Shown one piece after another: positions 9,660-17,131 of a stretch of 27,938 nt of DNA. The stretch comes from a virus (Duplodnaviria > Caudoviricetes), in IMG/VR virus record IMGVR_UViG_3300031628_000029, positions 1 to 27,938 of that record; one strand, written 5' to 3'. Position 1 is the stretch's first letter, and the number at the start of each line of letters is the position of its first letter. The translations under genes and the position numbers were made by a program. Below the pieces are notes generated by a model, which was not told the origin of the DNA, ran no database searches, and saw nothing but the letters and a program-made list of their open reading frames with translations.

Positions 9660-10172
9660 ATGAAAGATAATTTTAAAGTTTGTTTAGACATGTTGTTATC
9701 ACACGAAGGGGGTTTTGTAAATCATCCCAAAGATCCCGGAGGTATGACAAACTTAGGGGTGACTAAGGCCGTATATGATTCACATATTGGCAAGAGCAGC
9801 TCAAAGGCTCAAATGATGGCGCTGACATACGAAGATGTTGCACCAATTTACAAAAAGAATTACTGGGACAAAGCTAAATGTGATGACCTCCCAAGCGGCC
9901 TTGATTGGGCTGTTTTTGACTGGGGTGTAAACTCTGGAATGTCGCGACCAGTAAAAGCAATGCAAAAAAGTATCAAGGCTACTGTTGACGGTGGTGTTGG
10001 ACCTCAAACTCTTAAGGCAGTTAATGCTGCTGAACCCAAAGAAGTAATTAAAAGCATTAACAAGCAAAGACAAAAATTTTATGAAAGTTTAAAGACTTTT
10101 GAAACTTTTGGAAAAGGTTGGACACGTCGAAATAAAGAAACCCTTGAGCAAGCACTCAAAATGTTAGAGTAG
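9660..10172 (+). CDS. Endolysin, glycoside hydrolase family 108 with C-terminal peptidoglycan-binding domain
   Basis: HEGGFVNHPKDPGGMTNLGVT (GH108 EGG motif), YKKNYW, FDWGVNSG, DGGVGPQT, FGKGWTRR. Confidence 0.93.
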   Translation: MKDNFKVCLDMLLSHEGGFVNHPKDPGGMTNLGVTKAVYDSHIGKSSSKAQMMALTYEDVAPIYKKNYWDKAKCDDLPSGLDWAVFDWGVNSGMSRPVKAMQKSIKATVDGGVGPQTLKAVNAAEPKEVIKSINKQRQKFYESLKTFETFGKGWTRRNKETLEQALKMLE

Positions 10173-10191
10173 AAAGTAAAAGAGGCCCACC

Positions 10192-10644
10192 ATGCTAGTG
10201 GAACTTGCTGCAGCCAACGCTGCTTTTGCTATTATTAAAAAGACTGTACAAAATACAGGAGACTTGACAAGAGTAGCAAGTCAAATGGCAGCGTTTGTTG
10301 GCGCAAAAACAGAATTAGAAGATAAAGTCAAAAAGAAGAAAAACAGCCTATTCAGTGATCCCGATGCGGTTAATGACATGGAAGAGTTTCTTGCATTAGA
10401 GTCTATTCGTAAAAATGAAGAAGAACTTAAAGAATTTATGATATGGTCAGGCCGACCGGGATTGTGGAATGACTGGGTAAAGTTTCAAGCAACTTCAAGA
10501 AAGAAGAGGGTTGCTGCAGAAGCGCATAGGCAAAAAGTATTAGCTACAATAATGTTTAGGGTTGGCATTGGGCTAATAGTAATCACTGCGGTAGGCGGTA
10601 TAATTGGCCTTGTTTTCTTTGCAAGTTTTCTTTCAGACTTATAA
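10192..10644 (+). CDS. Hypothetical protein with C-terminal transmembrane helix
   Basis: 150 aa, GAGG RBS, helical/coiled body and C-terminal hydrophobic stretch (VGIGLIVITAVGGIIGLVFFASFL). Confidence 0.75.
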   Translation: MLVELAAANAAFAIIKKTVQNTGDLTRVASQMAAFVGAKTELEDKVKKKKNSLFSDPDAVNDMEEFLALESIRKNEEELKEFMIWSGRPGLWNDWVKFQATSRKKRVAAEAHRQKVLATIMFRVGIGLIVITAVGGIIGLVFFASFLSDL

Positions 10645-10659
10645 AAAGAATATTCACAA

Positions 10660-10680
10660 AAATAGTGATCGCTTATGATA
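10660..10680 (+). promoter_or_regulatory. Conserved intergenic motif, variant copy (AAATAGTGATCGCTTATGATA)
   Basis: 19/21 match to the first 21 nt of the copies at 1386 and 20819; intergenic, upstream of the portal operon. Confidence 0.55.
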
Positions 10681-10735
10681 TAAGTTTACTGAGGAACAGC
10701 TTATGATATCCCTACAAGCTGACCGTTCCTCTTTC

Positions 10736-10767
10736 GGGGTACCTAGTTAATTCTGGGTACTCCTTTT
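10736..10767 (+). terminator. Intrinsic terminator-like hairpin
   Basis: GGGGTACCTAG-ttaatt-CTGGGTACTCC forms an 11-bp stem (two G-U pairs), followed by TTTT. Confidence 0.6.
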
Positions 10768-10770
10768 AAC

Positions 10771-10818
10771 TCAGGAAAAATGTCTGCTGCTTATTGGGCA
10801 AACAAAGCTAAATGGTAA
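10771..10818 (+). pseudogene. C-terminal remnant or mini-ORF (SGK)MSAAYWANKAKW
   Basis: 12-aa ORF at 10780-10818 with an in-frame TAG at 10744-10746, so there is no longer upstream frame. Resembles, from recollection, the GKMSAAYWANKxKW C-terminus of a small basic protein in aquatic phages. Confidence 0.45.
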
Positions 10819-10827
10819 GGAATCCCT

Positions 10828-12393
10828 ATGGCACAGAAAATTACTACTACTAAAACAGTTAAGAAGTCCGTAGCAGACCCTAGTGATGCTTATCATTCTC
10901 TTACTCCTTTATGGAAAAAAGCAAGAGCGATTCTTCAAGGGGAGGCTAATGTAAAGGCGCACGACACTACTCTGGCAACTGACTACTCTAATCTTTTGTT
11001 GCCATTTTCTCCTTCTATGACTCAAGCTCAGTACAATTTTTACAAAGCTGAAGCAGAACTCTCAGGGTTAACCGCGCAGTACTGTAAAGTATTAATTAGT
11101 TCCTTGTTACGCAAAAAATCACAACTAACCCTTCCCGAAGGAATTCCAGAAGAGGCTTTAGATTGGATTGAAACAAATTTTACTTTGGATGGTCGTTCTC
11201 TCTTTAATTTCCTTGACTCCGCTCTATGGGAGGAACTTCAGACCTCGCGCTGTTGGGTGTCAGTTGATTACCCGAAGTTTACCGAAGAACAACAAGAAGC
11301 TTTAACCCCTGAAGAGCGTAACATGATTGCGCCTTATCCAGTAATTATTAAGGCTGAAAACGTCATTAACTACCAAGTAGATGTTCATCCAATTACTCGA
11401 CAAAGAACTCTTACTCGACTAGTACTGAGGTACTTAACTGAAGAGTTTGACGAAGAAAACCCTTGGCATCCTAACTACGTAGATACTGTCTGTGATCACT
11501 ACTTAGATGAAGGCGGCTATCTTGTTATGGATTACTACCGCCAAAAAGATACTTACGCAGAACTTAAAGTTCTTAACGGCGAAGTAACACAAGACTATAA
11601 AGATATCCGTACAGAAACACAATTTGAAAAGTACGACACAATAACTCCTCAAATGTTTGGTGAGCGTCTTAAACGAATTCCTGCTTGGCCTCTCAACGGT
11701 CATATTGAACCTGTTGAACCAGTGCTCATGCCTCTTATTGATCGTGAGGTTTCTCTGTACAACAAGGTATCACGTAGGAACCACCTACTATACGGGGCTG
11801 CGACCTATACCCCTATTGTCTCTTCTGACATGACAGACGAAGAGTTTGAAGAGTTGGTGTCTGCAGGGCTAGGTACGTGGTTACGGGTACGTAAAGACGA
11901 GTCTGTTAGTGTTCTTGAAACACCTACAAGCGCCTTAAATGACATGGATACTGCTATTACAAAGACCGTAGAAGAAATGGCTAAGATGGGTATCCGAATG
12001 CTTTCTCCTGAAACAGCACAGTCAGGTATTGCTTTAGAAATCCGAAACGCTTCTCAAACAGCACAGCTAGGTACTCTTAATGCCAAAGTATCTCATATTA
12101 TGCGGGAAGTAATTTCTTTTATGCTTAACTGGAAGTACAACACACAGTACACAGGCAACGATGTTGAGTTTACTCTCTCAGCAGACTTTGCACCAGTTGT
12201 TGGTGGTGAAGGGCCAATGCGTTTGGTTACTGAATGGTATCAGTCAGGTCTTATTCCACGGGATACTTTCGTATCGGTTGCTAAGTACAATGACTTTATT
12301 CCTTCTGATTACGATGATGAAGCAGCTATTGCAGCTATTCAGACAGACCCCCTTACTAATCAGCCGCCAGACGATAATATGGAAATGGAATAA
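10828..12393 (+). CDS. Portal protein (DUF4055-like siphophage portal)
   Basis: 521 aa, AAGGA RBS. YNFYKAEA, CWVSVDYP, AENVINY, SGIALEIR..SQTAQLG and acidic tail fit this portal type; position before the MuF, scaffold and capsid genes. Confidence 0.85.
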   Translation: MAQKITTTKTVKKSVADPSDAYHSLTPLWKKARAILQGEANVKAHDTTLATDYSNLLLPFSPSMTQAQYNFYKAEAELSGLTAQYCKVLISSLLRKKSQLTLPEGIPEEALDWIETNFTLDGRSLFNFLDSALWEELQTSRCWVSVDYPKFTEEQQEALTPEERNMIAPYPVIIKAENVINYQVDVHPITRQRTLTRLVLRYLTEEFDEENPWHPNYVDTVCDHYLDEGGYLVMDYYRQKDTYAELKVLNGEVTQDYKDIRTETQFEKYDTITPQMFGERLKRIPAWPLNGHIEPVEPVLMPLIDREVSLYNKVSRRNHLLYGAATYTPIVSSDMTDEEFEELVSAGLGTWLRVRKDESVSVLETPTSALNDMDTAITKTVEEMAKMGIRMLSPETAQSGIALEIRNASQTAQLGTLNAKVSHIMREVISFMLNWKYNTQYTGNDVEFTLSADFAPVVGGEGPMRLVTEWYQSGLIPRDTFVSVAKYNDFIPSDYDDEAAIAAIQTDPLTNQPPDDNMEME

Positions 12394-12512
12394 TGTTTAA
12401 ATGGTTTAAAAAAAAGTGGCAAAAACCTAAGCCTAAGCCTGAATCAGAAGATTCTAAATTTGAAAATATTCAAATAAAAAAGAAATCACCTGGAAATAAA
12501 AAAGGAAAATGA
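12393..12512 (+). CDS. Small Lys-rich protein (39 aa, not in ORF track)
   Basis: MFKWFKKKWQKPKPKPESEDSKFENIQIKKKSPGNKKGK; TAATG overlap with the portal stop. Confidence 0.5.
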   Translation: MFKWFKKKWQKPKPKPESEDSKFENIQIKKKSPGNKKGK

Positions 12513-12646
12513 CACGTTATAAGGGCTTTATAGCGTGGTACAAGCGTCTTCGATTAAACCATCACCCAGAGAAGAAAGGTCCAGCCTACAGCGTTGGTAA
12601 CTGTCTTCTTTGGGCATGGTCTAATAGTAAGACACACCCTCTCTAA
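12509..12646 (+). CDS. Small basic/aromatic protein (45 aa, not in ORF track)
   Basis: MTRYKGFIAWYKRLRLNHHPEKKGPAYSVGNCLLWAWSNSKTHPL; ATGA overlap with the previous ORF and AAAGGA upstream. Confidence 0.55.
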   Translation: MTRYKGFIAWYKRLRLNHHPEKKGPAYSVGNCLLWAWSNSKTHPL

Positions 12647-12665
12647 CTCTACAATGGTGGACTAG

Positions 12666-15600
12666 ATGAACGTTAATGACAAAATTTTTGACCGTATTGT
12701 TGACCACATGGGCGATGTACGGCTATATGAAGAAGGTGTACAACTTCAAAATCGCAGGATTTTAAAAAGACACAGAAACAATTTAAAAACTCTATTGAGT
12801 GGAAATGTTAGAGCCGACCTACAAAAAGAAATGAACAGGTTCGGCAAAGAACTCGCTGTGCATAACAACACAAGTTTAAAAGAGTTCTCAACCTCTCAAC
12901 TAGACTTTTCTACAAACAACCTGTACAGAGAAGTAAAAGACTTCTACAAGGTTCAAAGACCAAGGGCTAAAGAAATCCTCGGTGAAATTACTGGACCAAA
13001 TATTAAAGGTACTCGAAGTATTACTAAAAACGTTTCTAATATCTCTGCGGGAGAGTTAGTGCGTATACAGTCTAAAGTAAAAGCAGGGCTTGCTAAAGGT
13101 GCTAGTAAAAAAGCTATTATTGCTGATGTAATGAAAACTACAAAGCTAACAGAACACCAAGCAAAGACTCTAACTCGTACCGCTATTACTTCTACACAGT
13201 CTGCAGCTGTTCACAGAGTAGCAGAACAAAACAAAGATATAATTAAGGGTTACATGTTTACGGCAATCTTAGACGCTAAGACAAGCCCTATTTGTACCCA
13301 TCACAATGGAAAAATTTATGACGTAGGAGACAGAAGCTATGAACCTCCCCTTCACTGGAATTGTCGATCATCTATGGTCCCAGTTCTTAAATCTAAGGAA
13401 GAACTGCTTAAAGTATCGTCGCCGCGCCTTGGAATTACTGCGCTTAAAACGAAAGACCCCCAAAAGTTAAATGGGTTGCCACCTCAAACTAAAGACTTTG
13501 GAACATGGTTGAAAACTCAGTCGATGGATATTCAAACTAAAATGTTAGGTTCTGAAGATGCTGCTAATCTTTTTCGACAAGGTAAGCTTAAAGCTAATGA
13601 GTTTGTAACACCCAAGGGGAAAGCGTTAAGCATACAAGCCTTAAGAGCTAGGGCAACAGCAGCTACTACAGTGTTTAAACCTCGGCAGAAAATAAAATCC
13701 GAAGGAGTGTCTGTAGACTCAAAGACTCCTAACTCTTTACTTAACAACCCAAAATACAGAGACGACTTAAGAAATATGCTTTTGTTAGACTCAGATGACT
13801 TTAACAAAACTATGTCTCTTACTGACTATAAGGGTACTAGCTTACAGGGTAAAGCAGCTTCTAGGCGAAGGGTTGGAAATCAATTTGATGAAAGAAACTT
13901 CTCGTCAGACCCCTTAACGGGTGAAATTAAGAACAATAACATTTATGATCCTGACTTTAATCTTTATCAAGAGCGTATTGACTTTATGCGTAATGCAAAA
14001 GATCTTACAATCCAGCAAAAAGATTTTATAGAAAATATAGCCTCTTCCTTGAATGACAAAATATCTCTAAACCAACAAACAGTTATTATTGAAAATCTAA
14101 GAGTAGTGTTCCAGCGTTACGCTAAGGACAAAACTCCTTGGGGTGATTTTGCTTCTGTTATGAGAGCAGAAAACCGCTTTGCTGTACAAAACGTTTCACG
14201 GCTTTTAGACGTCAGGTCTAGACAACGCTCAGAAATGTTTGTTAGTTATCTTTCTAAAGATAAACCTCAAGTTCAAATAATGGGCAAGTACTATACTTTA
14301 GATGAATTAAATAAAAACCTTCTAAAAGATCAGCGCTACATAGACAAATGGAGATCTACTGAAGGAAAGAAGCTTTCAAGAAAACTTTACTTTACAGGCA
14401 GAGCACCCATGCGGGTGTACTTTCAAAGTCTGTATACTAAGTATCCTAGTAAGAAAGAATTTAAAGAAAATCTTCTAAATAAAGTAATCCCCTTAAGGAA
14501 ACGATACAAGGACTTTAAAAAGAAATTTGACAAAGAGCCTTCAGATAGTTGGTGGACTAAAAATGTTTCTTCTGTAAAAGAAAGTTATCGTGGTATTGTA
14601 GATCTTGAGTTTATTAATCGAAAGAAAATACCGTCTTCGAAAGTTATGGATGACAAGGCTCTAAGAAGTATAACTAAAATTGCTAAGCTAATCTCTTCAG
14701 GGCAGTCTACAGACTATGACACTCTAGCTATTAACATTGGTAAAAAGTTTACTGATGATTTTGGCACAGTGTTGCCATTAAAGAGGACTCTTAAATCTCA
14801 TCATAAAGATGGTTCTCGTATACTAGACTTTATGGCTAAAAGTGGATACATAAAAGTACAGTTCAGGGGTAAAACTCGGAGAGGTGTTATGGATGTAGAG
14901 ACAGGTCGCGCAACAGGTGGTTGGTCAGATACTATTTCTAGGGAAGTTACTGTAGTAGATAAAAAGCTTATCCTACTTCAGGAAGCAGAGCGTAGAACTG
15001 TTATAGCAAGGCGACTTGGTGTTGTTAACGATAGAGACAGGCTTTACGTTAAGGCTGGCAAGAAAACTTTTTCTGATGCTAGAGGCAACGACACAGGAGT
15101 TCCTATTATTTCAGCAGACAAGTTTGCCGACTATGATCCCAAACAAATTGACCGTGACATGGCTAAAATGATGAACCACGTATCTAACACGGAGTACCAA
15201 GTCGATGGCGAGTTTTTTGACTTTATGGATGACATTGTGCGTTTTCGGGATCCAAGAGGGAAGAGCAAATACTACGATTCTATCAATGAGCTGCGCCATG
15301 AGATTTTAAATCGTGGTGAACAAGGCTACGGTTTAATGACCACTGCAAAGTGGCATAGACAACGTGGAAAATCTTTTAAGACTCAAGTGTTTATCGACTC
15401 GCGTGGTCGAGTATATCACCGTGGTTACTTAACACCTACGGGGGGAGAGCTTGTTAGACCCTTTCTTAATGCAGGGCAAACTGTCCGCATGACTCCGATA
15501 GCTATGCGTGAGCTACGTATTCAACTTGGTGCTATGATAGGTCCAGGGACCGAAGCGTTAACTCAAGCAGGTAGAATTGCAATCTTCGGCAGAAATGAAC

Positions 15601-17036
15601 GGGCTTTGCGAGATCTTGGAGGAATACTTCAGTCAACAACGCAACGTGACAGGCGTATGCGGCAGTTCTTAGAACATCCTCTTATACAAGGTTTAGAAGG
15701 TCCAGAAGTTCCTAAAATGGCTAGAATGGCTTTAGAATACAAACGTATACACGATGCTACAGGTGGCGACTTTACTGTATCTAAACTTGCAAAGTACAAA
15801 ACAAGGCTAATGATTGAAAACGATGCTTCATCAAGCGGAGCACAAATTATTGGTCTTTCTACTGGTGATCGCCAAATTTCTATGGTTAGCAATGTTTTAG
15901 CTACCCCTCAGAAAAATCGATTATATGATATTATTGCTATGGACACAATTAATGATCCAGACTTCTTAAAGATTCCTGCGTTAAGAAATGCAGGGTTAAC
16001 TTGGGAAGAATTAGCTAAGGGCGCTAAATCTCAAAACATGGTATCTTTCTATGGAGCGGGAGAAGCAACTAAGACAGCAAACGTTGCTGGTAAAATGGCA
16101 AAAATTTTAGATAATAAAGGCTACGCTAGTATTACAAAAGAAACTCTTGGCGAGCAACTTAGAATAATAGATGGTAAAATAAAAGTTGCTGACAGGCTTG
16201 GAGCAGCTGCAAGTGTAGACGATTTAAAAGCCTTTAGATCTGAACTACTAGAACTAGTAAATAAAAACACTCCTGTTGGAAGAGAACTTTTAAAACAAGC
16301 GATAGATATTCACCCTGACACCGAAACTTTTGTTAATAAAATAATGAACGCTAGACAAGGGATTATTGGGCCAAAAGATTTTACAGAAATTTCTAGGATT
16401 ATGTCTAAGAACTTAGCAAAACGAGCACCTGTAACAGATAACTTTATTAATTTTTGGAAAACAGCAGCTAAAGCGTATGTAACAGACACTAAAAAAGTGG
16501 ACATACCTTGGGTTACTTTTGATGGAAAAATTATGACACAAAGATACCGTCCTAAAATTCAGGAACGGATAGAATTTACTGACCCAGTTTCGGGTCGTAA
16601 AGTAGCAAACATCTACGAATCGGCAGCAGAAGACGGTAAGCTTTTAGGCAAGTCTTCTATTCAAGACGCTTCGATTGGGTTAGGTGTAAACGGTAATCAT
16701 AGTAATGATGCCGTGTTAGTTCGACAGTTTCACCTATGGGGTAGGAAAAAGAATATCGGTACTGGTACCATTCACGATGCTTTTTTCACAAACATAGGAC
16801 ATGCTGAAGACGCAAAACAAGCCTTGAGAACCATCTATGCAGATGCTCTCGGAGGAGACACTATACGCAAGACACTCAAGGAAATGCGAAAGCAAGGAAT
16901 GTCTTGGGAAAAATACAGGGAGCTAATAGCACTTGCTAAGAAGCAAGGGTTGATAGATCCACCAAACAAAATTACTCGAAAGGAAATACTAGCACCTATT
17001 AAAGAAGGTGAAGACTGGTATGGAATTGGACCATAA
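12666..17036 (+). CDS. MuF (SPP1 gp7-like) minor head protein fused to a T7-like single-subunit DNA-dependent RNA polymerase
   Basis: N-terminal MuF: TLTRTA, FTAILDAKTSPIC, PPLHWNCRS, WLKTQ...LFRQGKL. C-terminal RNAP: DSRGRVY (aa 911), motif A NDASSSGAQ (D1053), RLYDIIA, motif B K1121-x7-Y1129G, WVTFDG..QRY..IQ.R specificity-loop region, NGNHSNDA, motif C IHDAF (D1371). Confidence 0.9.
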   Translation: MNVNDKIFDRIVDHMGDVRLYEEGVQLQNRRILKRHRNNLKTLLSGNVRADLQKEMNRFGKELAVHNNTSLKEFSTSQLDFSTNNLYREVKDFYKVQRPRAKEILGEITGPNIKGTRSITKNVSNISAGELVRIQSKVKAGLAKGASKKAIIADVMKTTKLTEHQAKTLTRTAITSTQSAAVHRVAEQNKDIIKGYMFTAILDAKTSPICTHHNGKIYDVGDRSYEPPLHWNCRSSMVPVLKSKEELLKVSSPRLGITALKTKDPQKLNGLPPQTKDFGTWLKTQSMDIQTKMLGSEDAANLFRQGKLKANEFVTPKGKALSIQALRARATAATTVFKPRQKIKSEGVSVDSKTPNSLLNNPKYRDDLRNMLLLDSDDFNKTMSLTDYKGTSLQGKAASRRRVGNQFDERNFSSDPLTGEIKNNNIYDPDFNLYQERIDFMRNAKDLTIQQKDFIENIASSLNDKISLNQQTVIIENLRVVFQRYAKDKTPWGDFASVMRAENRFAVQNVSRLLDVRSRQRSEMFVSYLSKDKPQVQIMGKYYTLDELNKNLLKDQRYIDKWRSTEGKKLSRKLYFTGRAPMRVYFQSLYTKYPSKKEFKENLLNKVIPLRKRYKDFKKKFDKEPSDSWWTKNVSSVKESYRGIVDLEFINRKKIPSSKVMDDKALRSITKIAKLISSGQSTDYDTLAINIGKKFTDDFGTVLPLKRTLKSHHKDGSRILDFMAKSGYIKVQFRGKTRRGVMDVETGRATGGWSDTISREVTVVDKKLILLQEAERRTVIARRLGVVNDRDRLYVKAGKKTFSDARGNDTGVPIISADKFADYDPKQIDRDMAKMMNHVSNTEYQVDGEFFDFMDDIVRFRDPRGKSKYYDSINELRHEILNRGEQGYGLMTTAKWHRQRGKSFKTQVFIDSRGRVYHRGYLTPTGGELVRPFLNAGQTVRMTPIAMRELRIQLGAMIGPGTEALTQAGRIAIFGRNERALRDLGGILQSTTQRDRRMRQFLEHPLIQGLEGPEVPKMARMALEYKRIHDATGGDFTVSKLAKYKTRLMIENDASSSGAQIIGLSTGDRQISMVSNVLATPQKNRLYDIIAMDTINDPDFLKIPALRNAGLTWEELAKGAKSQNMVSFYGAGEATKTANVAGKMAKILDNKGYASITKETLGEQLRIIDGKIKVADRLGAAASVDDLKAFRSELLELVNKNTPVGRELLKQAIDIHPDTETFVNKIMNARQGIIGPKDFTEISRIMSKNLAKRAPVTDNFINFWKTAAKAYVTDTKKVDIPWVTFDGKIMTQRYRPKIQERIEFTDPVSGRKVANIYESAAEDGKLLGKSSIQDASIGLGVNGNHSNDAVLVRQFHLWGRKKNIGTGTIHDAFFTNIGHAEDAKQALRTIYADALGGDTIRKTLKEMRKQGMSWEKYRELIALAKKQGLIDPPNKITRKEILAPIKEGEDWYGIGP

Positions 17037-17044
17037 CTTTTATA

Positions 17045-17120
17045 AAGTCTGTGACTTGTAATAGCTACTAAAAACGAAGGATGTTCCTTCACTTAAACTG
17101 TAACCTCAAGCTGTGCTTGA
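17045..17120. repeat. Three tandem hairpins with identical TGT triloops
   Basis: AAGTC-TGT-GACTT (17045-17057), GAAGGA-TGT-TCCTTC (17076-17090), TCAAGC-TGT-GCTTGA (17106-17120). Confidence 0.7.
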
Positions 17121-17131
17121 AAGGAAAATTT

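Noticed and set aside
10645-10827. tRNA or known riboswitch in the intergenic region
   Set aside because: No cloverleaf, TTC-GA T-loop or CCA end, and no riboswitch consensus that I can recognise.
12666-17036. Reading the large ORF as a MuF polymorphic toxin, a family A DNA polymerase, or an intein-containing protein
   Set aside because: The C-terminus has RNAP-specific DxRGRxY, DxSxSGxQ and HSxD motifs rather than toxin or DNA polymerase A (DYSQIELR) motifs. No immunity-like gene follows, and no intein splice or LAGLIDADG motifs are visible.
17081-17131. ORF-track start of the scaffold at 17081
   Set aside because: That ATG lies within hairpin 2, and the extra 17 aa are atypical; the AAGGA RBS supports ATG 17132.
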